Source of the DNA: Oculatellaceae cyanobacterium bins.114
GTDB lineage: Bacteria; Cyanobacteriota; Cyanobacteriia; Elainellales; Elainellaceae
Reading direction: 5' to 3'
DNA: 10,409 nt
NCBI GenBank assembly: GCA_033764315.1
Contig: JANRJA010000209.1
Span: 1 to 10,409 of the forward strand
A program made the translations under genes and the position numbers. Positions 1 through 8,761 of the stretch are shown here, piece by piece (within the stretch, counting starts at the first letter, position 1; the number at the start of each line of letters is the position of its first letter). The notes beneath the pieces were generated by a model. It did no database searches and was not told the DNA's origin. It saw nothing but the letters and a program-made list of their open reading frames with translations.

Positions 1-909
1 CCAGCCTTGGGGCAAAAGGCGATCATGGTGGCGATTCCGACTACGTCTGGCACCGGATCAGAGGTCACACCTTTTGCTGTGGTGACTGATGAGCAAGCTG
101 GGATCAAGTATCCTTTAGCCGATTATGCCTTGACCCCCAACATGGCGATCGTTGATCCTGAGTTGGTGATGCATATGCCCAAATCGCTCACCGCCTTTGG
201 GGGCATTGATGCCATGACTCATGCTCTAGAAGCCTATGTGTCAGTAGTGGCGAGTGATTTTACAAACGGGTTGGCGTTAGAGGCGATCGCCCTATTGTTT
301 GAATATTTGCCCAGTGCCTATGAGAATGGAGCCAAAGATCCGCTTGCCCGGGAAAAAGTTCACTATGCGGCGACGATCGCTGGAATGGCATTTGCCAATG
401 CTTTCTTAGGGGTTTGTCACTCAATGGCACATAAATTGGGGTCTACCTTCCATGTGCCACACGGTTTGGCGAATGCGCTGATGATCTCTCATGTGATTCG
501 CTATAACGCCACAGATGTGCCCTTTAAGCAAGCTATCTTCCCGCAATATAAATATCCCAATGCCAAAGATCGCTATGCTCAAATTGCTGACCATTTGAGA
601 TTGGGCGGTAACACCCCCGATGAGAAGGTAGAGAAACTGATTGAGGCGATCGAAACCTTAAAGCAACGTCTTAATATTCCTGCCACCATCAAGGAAACTC
701 TCAAGGATGAGGAACGGGAGTTTTACGAAAAAGTTGAGGAGATGGCAGAACAGGCGTTTGACGATCAGTGTACTGGGGCAAACCCACGCTATCCCCTGAT
801 CAATGACCTGAAAGAGCTATATGTGTTGGCGTTTCAAGGATGCCGATTGGATGCAGCTTTGTTTCATGCAGAGTCTGGTGAAGCTGACTCTCAACTGGTG
901 GCTCAGTAA
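1..909 (+). CDS. adhE: Bifunctional acetaldehyde-CoA/alcohol dehydrogenase AdhE, C-terminal Fe-ADH domain (5'-truncated by window edge)
   Basis: Frame is open from base 1. Motifs AIPTTSGTGSEVTPFAV, GIDAMTHALEAYVS, GVCHSMAHKLG..FHVPHGLANA (Fe-binding His residues) and the AdhE-typical AFDDQCTGANPRYP. TAA stop at 907-909. Confidence 0.93.
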   Translation, partial: PALGQKAIMVAIPTTSGTGSEVTPFAVVTDEQAGIKYPLADYALTPNMAIVDPELVMHMPKSLTAFGGIDAMTHALEAYVSVVASDFTNGLALEAIALLFEYLPSAYENGAKDPLAREKVHYAATIAGMAFANAFLGVCHSMAHKLGSTFHVPHGLANALMISHVIRYNATDVPFKQAIFPQYKYPNAKDRYAQIADHLRLGGNTPDEKVEKLIEAIETLKQRLNIPATIKETLKDEEREFYEKVEEMAEQAFDDQCTGANPRYPLINDLKELYVLAFQGCRLDAALFHAESGEADSQLVAQ

Positions 910-1050
910 ACTTTAGCGTTATTCAAGATGATGTCACTCAAGGGGCGATGTGCCGCAATTCTCTCTTAGGGGTTATCGCTCATCAAGAGCCGATTCCTGG
1001 AGGTGCGATCGCGCCAGAGTCCATGCAACAGCTGTTGTCGTAGACGGTTG

Positions 1051-1077
1051 AGGGTGGGCATGTCTCACCCTTTTTTT
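1051..1077 (+). terminator. Rho-independent terminator downstream of adhE
   Basis: Stem AGGGTGGG / CTCACCCT (one G-U pair) with a short loop, running into a T7 tract at 1071-1077. Confidence 0.8.
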
Positions 1078-1121
1078 CTAATTTCTCATCAATCACGACT
1101 CACTTTGTTAAAGGATTCCCC

Positions 1122-3962
1122 ATGAATTCACCAACATCCGTTTCCATCAATAGCATGGGAAGTGTTGTCCCTTCTCACAACAGTTCCTTAGAGAGGCTGC
1201 CCATGCAAACCCAAACTCACAGTGCACCTGATCCGGCTTATGACATTTTGCGGAGCGATCGCCAACCCCTTGATTTCATCTTTGCGCCTAAATCAGTAGC
1301 GGTTATTGGTGCCACAGAACGCCCCGGTAGCGTAGGCCGCACCTTGTTGTGGAATCTAGTTAGCAGTTCCTTTGGGGGCACGATTTTTCCGGTCAATCCC
1401 CAACGGCACAGCGTATTAGGAATCAAAGCTTATCCCTCGATCGCTGATGTGCCTGATCCCGTTGATTTGGCGGTGATTGTCACCCCGGCTACGACGGTTC
1501 CTGACATCATCAGCCAATGTGCCGATGTTGGCGTCAAAGGGGCGATCGTCCTCTCGGCGGGCTTTAAAGAAACTGGAGCCGTGGGCATTGATCTAGAACA
1601 GCAAGTGCTCAGGCATTTGCAACGGGGCAAAATGCGGTTGATTGGCCCCAACTGTTTGGGAGTGATGAACCCCCTGAGTGGGTTGAATGCAACCTTTGCT
1701 AGCAAGATGGCACGCCCCGGCAATGTAGGCTTTATTAGCCAGAGTGGAGCACTGTGTACTGCCATCTTGGACTGGAGCTTTCAAGAAAATGTTGGGTTCA
1801 GTTCATTTATCTCGATCGGCTCGATGTTAGATGTCGATTGGGGAGACTTGATTTATTATCTAGGCGATGACCCCAACACTCAGAGCATCGTGTTGTACAT
1901 GGAGTCGATCGGCAATGCGCGATCGTTTCTATCGGCGGCACGCGAGGTGGCATTAACCAAACCGATCATTGTGATCAAAGCGGGACGCACTGAAGCTGCT
2001 GCTAAAGCTGCGGCCTCCCATACGGGTGCACTGACAGGCAGTGAAGCGGTTTTAGAGGCAGCGTTTCGCCGCTGTGGAGTGCTTTCAGTCACCCACATTT
2101 CTGATCTATTTGATATGGCGGAGGTCTTAGCCAAACAGCCTCGCCCCAAAGGGCCGCGCTTGACCCTGATTACCAACGCAGGGGGGCCAGGGGTGTTGGC
2201 AACCGACGCATTAATTGCGATGGGGGGTGAACTAGCAGATCTCACGGAAGATGCCAAAACAAAGCTCAGCGGTTTCTTGCCCACACACTGGAGTCACAAC
2301 AATCCGGTGGATATTTTGGGAGATGCGGATGCGGCTCGCTATACCAAAACGCTAGAAGTCTTAGCACAAGACCCAAACAGTGATGGAGTGTTAGTGATCT
2401 TAACGCCGCAAGCGGTGACAGAACCTGAGAAAACGGCAGAGATGTTGAAATCCTACGCCAAGATCGCAGGCAAACCGATTCTCGCCAGTTGGATGGGTGG
2501 TTCCGATATTGAGCGTGGAGAGGCGATTCTCAATAGTGTTAGTATCCCGACTTATCGGTATCCTGATGCGGCGGCACGGGTGTTTAGTTTGATGTGGCGA
2601 TCGACCTATAACCTGCAAGGCATCTATGAAACACCTGTGTTGCCAATGGATGCTGATTTCACCCCCGATCGCGCCTTAGTTCGTCAGATCATTGAGACGG
2701 CTCATCACGACGATCGCACGATTCTGACCGAATTTGAATCGAAGCAACTCTTAGCAGCATATGGCATTCCCACGGTGGAAACCTATGTTGCTACGACAGA
2801 GGATGCGGCTGTGCGCTTGGCGGATGCGATTGGTTATCCTGTGGTGTTAAAGCTTTACTCTAAAACGATTACCCACAAAACGGATGTGGGAGGGGTGCAA
2901 CTCAACCTCAAAGATGCGGATGCGGTCAGTCAGGCTTATCGAGCGATCGCCACGGCGGTTACTGACAAGGTAGGGGCAGAACATTTTGCAGGTGTTACTG
3001 TGCAGCCCATGTTGAAGCTAGATGGCTATGAAATCATCATCGGCAGCAACCTCGATCCACAATTTGGCCCTGTGTTGCTGTTTGGCTCTGGAGGGCAATT
3101 GGTAGAAGTGTTTCAAGATAGCGCGATCGCTCTACCCCCTCTCAACACCACATTGGCCCGTCGCCTGATGGAGCAAACCCAAATTTATAAAGCACTCAAA
3201 GGGGTTCGGGGTCGGGCTGCGGTCGATTTAGCCGGATTAGAGCAACTCTTGGTGCGGTTTAGCCAACTGATTGTAGAGCAACGCTGGATTCAAGAAATCG
3301 ACATCAATCCACTGCTAGCAAAACCCCTGGAAGCCGGAGTGGTGCAACCTCTGATGGCATTAGATGCTCGTGTCGTGATTCACCCTAAGGGCACCCGCGA
3401 AGACCAATTACCCAAATTAGCGATTCGCCCCTATCCCACGCAGTATGTCTCCGAGTGGACTCTGCGCGACGGCACCCCAGTTACAATTCGTCCGATTCGC
3501 CCTGAAGACGAACCCCTACTGCGTCAGTTTCACCAAACGTTGTCTGAACGCAGCATCTATTTGCGCTACTTCCACATGGTCAAGTTAAGCCAACGCACCA
3601 CTCACGATCGCCTGATGCGACTCTGTTTCATTGATTACGATTGCGAAATGGCACTCGTTGCCGAACATCACGACCCCCAAACCAATACCAAAGAGGTATG
3701 GGCCGTGGGGCGACTGAGCAAACTCCACGGCACCAGCGATGGAGAGTTTGCCATGTTGGTGAGTGACCAATATCAGCGCAAAGGGTTAGGGAGCGAACTG
3801 CTTCGGCGGTTGATTCAGGTGGGGCGAGATGAACAGCTAAAACGGATTAACGCTGAAGTGTTAGGCGAAAACACAGGAATGCAACATGTGTGCGAGAAAC
3901 TTGGTTTTCGGATTAAACGCACCGCAGACCCATCCATTGTGCGGGCGGAACTAACGCTTTAA
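1122..3962 (+). CDS. Bifunctional acetate--CoA ligase (ADP-forming) family protein / GNAT N-acetyltransferase (Pat/AcdAB-like). Start uncertain: 1122, 1155 or 1203
   Basis: CoA-binding N-terminus ([16 protein letters not shown]), [36 protein letters not shown]-grasp domain ([29 protein letters not shown]) and C-terminal GNAT domain ([18 protein letters not shown]). SD-like AAAGGA precedes 1122 and GAGAGG precedes 1203. Confidence 0.92.
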   Translation: MNSPTSVSINSMGSVVPSHNSSLERLPMQTQTHSAPDPAYDILRSDRQPLDFIFAPKSVAVIGATERPGSVGRTLLWNLVSSSFGGTIFPVNPQRHSVLGIKAYPSIADVPDPVDLAVIVTPATTVPDIISQCADVGVKGAIVLSAGFKETGAVGIDLEQQVLRHLQRGKMRLIGPNCLGVMNPLSGLNATFASKMARPGNVGFISQSGALCTAILDWSFQENVGFSSFISIGSMLDVDWGDLIYYLGDDPNTQSIVLYMESIGNARSFLSAAREVALTKPIIVIKAGRTEAAAKAAASHTGALTGSEAVLEAAFRRCGVLSVTHISDLFDMAEVLAKQPRPKGPRLTLITNAGGPGVLATDALIAMGGELADLTEDAKTKLSGFLPTHWSHNNPVDILGDADAARYTKTLEVLAQDPNSDGVLVILTPQAVTEPEKTAEMLKSYAKIAGKPILASWMGGSDIERGEAILNSVSIPTYRYPDAAARVFSLMWRSTYNLQGIYETPVLPMDADFTPDRALVRQIIETAHHDDRTILTEFESKQLLAAYGIPTVETYVATTEDAAVRLADAIGYPVVLKLYSKTITHKTDVGGVQLNLKDADAVSQAYRAIATAVTDKVGAEHFAGVTVQPMLKLDGYEIIIGSNLDPQFGPVLLFGSGGQLVEVFQDSAIALPPLNTTLARRLMEQTQIYKALKGVRGRAAVDLAGLEQLLVRFSQLIVEQRWIQEIDINPLLAKPLEAGVVQPLMALDARVVIHPKGTREDQLPKLAIRPYPTQYVSEWTLRDGTPVTIRPIRPEDEPLLRQFHQTLSERSIYLRYFHMVKLSQRTTHDRLMRLCFIDYDCEMALVAEHHDPQTNTKEVWAVGRLSKLHGTSDGEFAMLVSDQYQRKGLGSELLRRLIQVGRDEQLKRINAEVLGENTGMQHVCEKLGFRIKRTADPSIVRAELTL

Positions 3963-3992
3963 GAGCTTGAAAGAGGGAAGCGATAAATGGGG

Positions 3993-4031
3993 GAAGGGAA
4001 GAGGGCACAGTTACCATTCCCTCTTCCCTTC
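3993..4031. terminator. Strong hairpin between convergent genes, probable bidirectional terminator
   Basis: Perfect 13-bp inverted repeat GAAGGGAAGAGGG (3993-4005) / CCCTCTTCCCTTC (4019-4031), lying between the stops at 3962 (+) and 4054 (-). Confidence 0.7.
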
Positions 4032-4053
4032 TCTTACCTAATGGGGCAATCCC

Positions 4054-4332
4054 TTAAAGGGCTTGGCTCAGTTCGTTCTCTTGAACTTGTAGCTTTTCGC
4101 AGGCGATGTGGTCTGCCAAAATTGAGGTTGCCAGGTTGCCAACGTGAATCTCAAGTTGAGCGTGGGTAGGGGCTTCAAACATCAATCGCTGTCCCGGAAA
4201 AACTACTCGCTCAAAATACCAGTTTGCAATATTAACAATTCGAGCAATTTGAATTTGACTGGTCGCGTTCACGTAGCAGCACAAAACCGGGGTGGCAAAA
4301 TCAGTCGGTAAACAATCTAAAATTTGAGTCAT
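4054..4332 (-). CDS. DUF1830 domain-containing protein (cyanobacterial, unknown function)
   Basis: LCCYVNATSQIQIARIVNIANWYFERVVFPGQRLMFEAP..AQLEIH is the characteristic DUF1830 core. GAGAGG SD-like sequence upstream on the minus strand. Confidence 0.88.
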   Translation of the reverse strand: MTQILDCLPTDFATPVLCCYVNATSQIQIARIVNIANWYFERVVFPGQRLMFEAPTHAQLEIHVGNLATSILADHIACEKLQVQENELSQAL

Positions 4333-4468
4333 TTTGAAATAGCCTCTCTCAACACATCGCTAAATAACATTCGTTGTCTTATCGTTACGTTGCTCAGCAA
4401 ACAGCAACGTTATCCCGGCACCAGTCAGAGCAAACCGCTTCAAATTACCCTTAATGCAATAGAAGACG

Positions 4469-4510
4469 AACCTAGACCTATCAACCTAGACCTATCAACC
4501 TAGAACTATC
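4469..4510. repeat. Short tandem repeat, 3 x 14 bp (AACCTAGACCTATC)
   Basis: Units at 4469-4482, 4483-4496 and 4497-4510; the last has one mismatch (AACCTAGAACTATC). Confidence 0.9.
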
Positions 4511-4654
4511 TACGTCGCACTGTTCCTAAACATGCTGACGACCCTAATGGCGAAGGCAAATATGCCTGGATACAGATTCATTCAATTTAATGTCTCTAAA
4601 TAGAGAACAAAGCAACTTGTCTCTATACCTACACGATGGTTGAATGATGAAAAG

Positions 4655-4671
4655 TATTAAGATTCTTAATA
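4655..4671. promoter_or_regulatory. AT-rich palindrome, candidate transcription-factor site upstream of the DUF1830 gene
   Basis: TATTAAGA-T-TCTTAATA is a perfect dyad. Function is inferred only. Confidence 0.3.
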
Positions 4672-4730
4672 TTTCTTACATTATTCTAAGATAAGTATTT
4701 TTACTTGGTCAACTAAACTCTTGATAGAAA

Positions 4731-5921
4731 CTAATGAGTTTTGCTGATAGATTTATGACGCAGTGCTGTGATCGTGGCGACTATCCCAGAGGGAGAGTCG
4801 GTTGGCGTTGCTCCTCCTATAACTTGCTCAATCTCCTCTAATGTGTTGAAACGCCCAATGCCAAATCTGAGAGAGGCATAGGCTAACTCTGGCGATCGCC
4901 CTAGAGCGGTGAGGACGTGAGAGGGTTCGGCTTTGGCTGAAGAACAGGCAGACCCAGAAGAAACGGCGGCGATCGCTTGTAGTCCCAATAACAGGGCTTG
5001 TCCATCGACACCTGCCACGCTGATGTTGAGGTTGCCAGCTAACCGTTGGGTGGGGTGTCCGTTGAGATAAATGCCACCGAGGGATTCTAGTTTTGTCCAG
5101 AGGCGATCGCGCAGTTCTTGAATCCGTTTCGTTTCACTGGCCATCTCTGTCAATCCAAGTTCTACAGCTTTGGCAAACCCTACAATTTGGGGCGTGTAGA
5201 GAGTGCCCGATCGCATTCCTCGCTCGTGCCCACCGCCATGCAATTGGGGGGCTAATTGCACTCTCGGATTGCGACGTCGCACATACAATGCGCCGATGCC
5301 TTTGGGGCCATAGACCTTGTGGGCTGTCAGCGACATCAGGTCGATATTCATGGCGTTCACATTTAAGGGAATCTTAGCGATCGCCTGTGCCGCATCGGTG
5401 TGAAACAAGATGTTGTGGTGCCGACATAACTCACCGATCGCTGCCAGGGGTTGCAACACACCAATCTCGTTATTGGCTGCCATCACTGAGACTAGAATTG
5501 TGTCGGGTCGAAACGCTTTTTCTAGCTGGTCTAGATCGATCAGCCCATCGGGTTGAACGGGCAAAAATGTCACCTCAAAGCCCAGAGACTGCAAATAGCG
5601 GCAGGGGTCAAGGACTGCGCTGTGCTCGGTTTGCACGGTAATCAGGTGCCGCCCCTTGGAGAAATAGGCTTCCGCTACTCCCTTAATGGCTAAGTTATTG
5701 GCCTCTGTTGCGCCACTGGTGAAGACAATTTCTTCTGGAGTCGCGCCAATGGCAGTCGCTAACGTTTCACGGGCTAGTTTGACGGCGGCTTCTGCCTCCC
5801 ATCCGTAAGCGTGAGCCAGACTGGCAGGGTTGCCAAAGTGTTCGGTGAAATAGGGCAACATTGCCTCTAACACTCGTGGATCGACTGGAGTGGTGGCGTG
5901 ACAGTCAAGATAAATGGGCAT
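4731..5921 (-). CDS. iscS: Cysteine desulfurase, IscS/NifS group I (PLP-dependent)
   Basis: MPIYLDCHATTP, FTSGATEANN, HTDAAQ, TAHKVYGPKG (PLP Lys), GGGHERGMRSGT, SSGSACSS (catalytic Cys). ATG at 5921 preferred over the upstream TTG at 5963. Confidence 0.92.
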   Translation of the reverse strand: MPIYLDCHATTPVDPRVLEAMLPYFTEHFGNPASLAHAYGWEAEAAVKLARETLATAIGATPEEIVFTSGATEANNLAIKGVAEAYFSKGRHLITVQTEHSAVLDPCRYLQSLGFEVTFLPVQPDGLIDLDQLEKAFRPDTILVSVMAANNEIGVLQPLAAIGELCRHHNILFHTDAAQAIAKIPLNVNAMNIDLMSLTAHKVYGPKGIGALYVRRRNPRVQLAPQLHGGGHERGMRSGTLYTPQIVGFAKAVELGLTEMASETKRIQELRDRLWTKLESLGGIYLNGHPTQRLAGNLNISVAGVDGQALLLGLQAIAAVSSGSACSSAKAEPSHVLTALGRSPELAYASLRFGIGRFNTLEEIEQVIGGATPTDSPSGIVATITALRHKSISKTH

Positions 5922-6029
5922 GGCAGACGGCGTCAGTGGAGAATATAGCAGAATGAGCAACAAAGTAACTCACACTACGCTTTCTATTGTAAAAGTGACG
6001 GTTTAACGTGATGTCCAACTTAGAGGTTT

Positions 6030-6096
6030 AGATCCCCGGTTTCTTGTGGAGCATCCTTAAAGGGGTCTGACAACCATCACCAGAAACCGGGGATCT
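6030..6096. repeat. 67-bp inverted-repeat element (MITE/REP-like, cyanobacterial dispersed-repeat type)
   Basis: Perfect 15-bp arms AGATCCCCGGTTTCT (6030-6044) and AGAAACCGGGGATCT (6082-6096) around a 37-bp spacer. Confidence 0.75.
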
Positions 6097-6133
6097 GGAG
6101 GGAATAACTTTAATACCCTCTCAGCGGTTGCGC

Positions 6134-7357
6134 TTAAGCGATCGCATTCTCTGCTTGCCATAAGGGTTTGCCTTGTCGAACCGTCATTAATACGTCTTCT
6201 GGGGTTACTCGTGTGACAATCGAAGCGGGAATGTGTTGACTCGATCGCAGATGGGGTTGATGAAAATTCAACACGACAAAATCAGCGGGCAATCCGGTTG
6301 CTAAATAGCCGTAAGTATCACCCCCCAACACAGCCCGAATGTTGCTAGTTACCATTTTGAGAATGGTTTGCGGAGCCGGGTCTTTGGCAGTGCCAAATTG
6401 GCTTTTGGCGATTTTGTAGGTAAAGTCTAATTCAGCCAATAGATTGGGGCTATTTAGCAAGCCGTTGTCGGTTCCTAAGAGCAGATTGGCATTGCTGGTG
6501 AGCAGAGCCGCGATCGGTGGCAGTGGTAAGCCCAAATTAGTGTTGGCGCGTGGATTGAGCACAACGTTCATGTGGTGTTGCGATAAGAGGGCAATTTCGG
6601 CTGCATTGGCAACCGTGGCATGAATCACCAAATGCGGTCGATAGTAGTCTAATGCTCGTTCTAAATCACCTCGACCTGTGATGGCAAGGCTGACATCTCG
6701 ATAGCCTTGATTTTCTAGGCAGTGAATGGCCCGCAATTTAGATGACTCGGCAGTGAGCTGATAAATCTGTTTCCAGGCCGCATCTGTCAAATCATTCATG
6801 GTGCTTTCAGAAAAGCCATCGGCGATCGCCAACACGTCTCTCAACTCAGCGATCGCTGTTGGAGAAAGCTCTGCCTGATTTTGCTCCAACTCGGTGGCTG
6901 TAAACGGCAGTTGGTTAAACTGCCCCAAAATAACCGATCGCACTCCAGTTGCTTCTGAGGCACGCCGGAGTAATTGAGACCCATAAGCTCCCTGCTCTCG
7001 AAAATCAATATGTCCAATCGTTCCAGTGCGAGCCATATAGCGCAAATGGTGGGTGATTTGCTCTAAATGCTTGGCTTCGGGTTGTTTTGCTAAGGTGCGA
7101 TATTTGTAACCATCCGGACGAAAGAACCCTTGCTCTAAGGTCATTCCCGTTGTGCCATCAGGCGCACAAGAGTCTCCCATATGCGTGTGACTGTTATAGA
7201 GTCCCGGCATGATTACCAAAGCACCCTGCTCAATGGTTTGACAGGGTGCTCCTAGATCTAGGTCTGTGATCGTGTCGCCCTTCACTCTGAAGCGATCGCA
7301 GTAGTGGGGTTCTAGATTGGAACCCTGCAAAACAATACAATTTTTCAGTTCGAGCAT
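6134..7357 (-). CDS. Metal-dependent amidohydrolase/deaminase family protein (archaeal chlorohydrolase-like subgroup)
   Basis: PGLYNSHTHMGDS (HxH metal site), AIHCLE, VIHAT, LLGTDNG (Asp ligand), G.PADFVVL. Confidence 0.85.
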   Translation of the reverse strand: MLELKNCIVLQGSNLEPHYCDRFRVKGDTITDLDLGAPCQTIEQGALVIMPGLYNSHTHMGDSCAPDGTTGMTLEQGFFRPDGYKYRTLAKQPEAKHLEQITHHLRYMARTGTIGHIDFREQGAYGSQLLRRASEATGVRSVILGQFNQLPFTATELEQNQAELSPTAIAELRDVLAIADGFSESTMNDLTDAAWKQIYQLTAESSKLRAIHCLENQGYRDVSLAITGRGDLERALDYYRPHLVIHATVANAAEIALLSQHHMNVVLNPRANTNLGLPLPPIAALLTSNANLLLGTDNGLLNSPNLLAELDFTYKIAKSQFGTAKDPAPQTILKMVTSNIRAVLGGDTYGYLATGLPADFVVLNFHQPHLRSSQHIPASIVTRVTPEDVLMTVRQGKPLWQAENAIA

Positions 7358-7428
7358 GGTGGGTTATGACAGGTCATTTTAGGCTTGAGTACCGAATAGG
7401 TGAGGGCTACTTAGGAACGTAACCCATC

Positions 7429-7456
7429 GTCATTCATGCTGAGTCATTCATGCTGA
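7429..7456. repeat. Tandem duplication, 2 x 14 bp (GTCATTCATGCTGA)
   Basis: Exact copies at 7429-7442 and 7443-7456. Confidence 0.85.
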
Positions 7457-7510
7457 AATCGCTTTTAGAGTTGGCGTTGTGGCATGAGTTTTACTAAAGC
7501 GATATACAAC

Positions 7511-7680
7511 ACAGTTGCCACAATAATGCCATTAATTGGGGGAACCCCAAAGCCAAGCTGACCTGACACAACTGCGGTGGTGGCTGCTACTGCATAGGCG
7601 ATTACCTGGCTCAGTTAAAACCAAGCTGAGGAGAGTCTAAAGAGGGAAACTCACCACTCAAAGGAGTAATCTTCTTTTTG
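7511..7680 (+). ncRNA. ssrS: 6S RNA (cyanobacterial SsaA/SsrS), ends approximate
   Basis: Intergenic stretch matching my recollection of cyanobacterial 6S RNAs: GTTGCC.CAATAA.GCCA..TTGGGGGAAC..CTGACCTGA.ACAACTGCGGTGGTG.CTGCTACTGCATAGG...TTACCTGGCTC.GTTAAAACCA...AGTCTAAAGA...CACC.CTCAAAGG.GTAA. The 5' GTTGCC can pair imperfectly with the 3' GGAGTAAT, followed by a T-rich tail. Not checked with a covariance model. Confidence 0.82.
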
Positions 7681-7843
7681 GAGCGATCGCTCTGAAACGT
7701 TGGATTCAACAGTTGTACTCATCCCAAAAACCTCTTACTCGTTGCTGGTATCTTAAGAAGGGTGATCAATGGGATTTTGTACTCTCTACTACAAACAAAA
7801 AACTGTTTCACGAAAATTGCAATTCTAAATCCCCCTTCAAAAG

Positions 7844-8749
7844 CTACCTTGGGTCTGATGCAAACACCAACTGTGGCACGACCCATGAAAGGGTGTCTAT
7901 CGTTGTCAGGGTGCCGATGCCTAAGAAGCGATCGCCCTGACAAATTTGTAGGACATCGGAGATGATTGCTGGATCAACAGGTTCTACCCACTCTATGCGT
8001 TGCCCCTGACACCAGCGTTTGGCTTGGGTTGGGTCGAGGTAGAGTTTGGCTAGGTGCGTTAGGGCGATCGCTGGAGGAATGGGTTGAAAGGTTTGTGCCT
8101 CAAGTTGCTCAGCCAGGGTTTCTAGAGTAATGCTGTCGGTGAGGTGAAAGCTACTGCTCTGGGTGCGAATCAGAGCCGCTAGAGTGCCTCCAGTGTTGAG
8201 CATGGCTCCCCAATCGCGGGCGATCGAGCGAATGTAGGTTCCAGCACCACAGGCGATCGCTACCACTAATTCGGGAAATTCGCCCGATCGCCACTCTAAA
8301 ATCTGGATGTCATGCACTTCCACCGTTCGGATTGGAGCCTCGACCACCTGCCCCGATCGCGCCAGATCATACAACCGTTTGCCCTGAACTTGAATCGCGC
8401 TATAACTGGGGGGGATTTGCTGAATCGTGCCTAAAAATTGAGGCAGTTTGGCTTTGACGGTTTCAAGCTCTAGTTCAGGGGCGGGCGTGGTTGTTAACAC
8501 CTCGCCTTCTAAATCGTCGGTGGCGGTGGTGATGCCAAATCTGATGGTGGCTTGATAGGCTTTTCCAGATGGCAAATATTGCAGCAATCGAGTCGCTCGA
8601 CCCAGGGCGATCGGCAATACTCCGGTTGCGGCTGGGTCGAGGGTTCCTCCATGCCCTACGCGCTTGAGTCGCAGCAACCGTCTAACTCGTGCTACGCAAT
8701 CGTGGGAGGTTAGCCCAGCGGGTTTATGTAAGTTCAAAAATCCATCCAT
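7844..8749 (-). CDS. truB: tRNA pseudouridine(55) synthase TruB
   Basis: MDGFLNLHKPAGLTSHD, VGHGGTLDPAATGVL (catalytic Asp), QIPPSYSAIQVQGKRLYDLAR, GTYIRSIARD. ATG at 8749 preferred because the upstream TTG at 8779 lies inside the repeat. Confidence 0.96.
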   Translation of the reverse strand: MDGFLNLHKPAGLTSHDCVARVRRLLRLKRVGHGGTLDPAATGVLPIALGRATRLLQYLPSGKAYQATIRFGITTATDDLEGEVLTTTPAPELELETVKAKLPQFLGTIQQIPPSYSAIQVQGKRLYDLARSGQVVEAPIRTVEVHDIQILEWRSGEFPELVVAIACGAGTYIRSIARDWGAMLNTGGTLAALIRTQSSSFHLTDSITLETLAEQLEAQTFQPIPPAIALTHLAKLYLDPTQAKRWCQGQRIEWVEPVDPAIISDVLQICQGDRFLGIGTLTTIDTLSWVVPQLVFASDPR

Positions 8750-8761
8750 ATGTTGTGTTAT

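Noticed and set aside
1238..3770. Minus-strand ORFs 1238-1426, 1430-1765, 1593-1784, 1880-2284, 2400-2618 and 3585-3770
   Set aside because: Antisense shadows of the ligase/GNAT gene with no recognisable motifs.
3987..4169. 60-aa + strand ORF
   Set aside because: Spans the terminator hairpin and is antisense to DUF1830.
4666..4679. NtcA-like site (minus strand GTA-N8-TAA)
   Set aside because: Mismatch in the TAC half-site, no properly spaced -10 box, and an AT-rich background.
5093..5641. + strand ORFs 5093-5377 and 5387-5641
   Set aside because: Antisense to iscS with no motifs.
5922..5963. N-terminal extension of IscS (and likewise TruB 8750-8779) from upstream TTG starts
   Set aside because: Family similarity begins at the downstream ATGs (5921 and 8749).
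7590..7650. Minus-strand hairpin (CTCAG...CTGAG-CCAGGTAATCG) faintly like an NMT1/xanthine riboswitch upstream of the amidohydrolase gene
   Set aside because: No closing P1 stem, and the segment is better explained as the + strand 6S RNA.
7713..7965. Three short ORFs overlapping the truB 3' end
   Set aside because: They overlap each other and truB, with no recognisable product.
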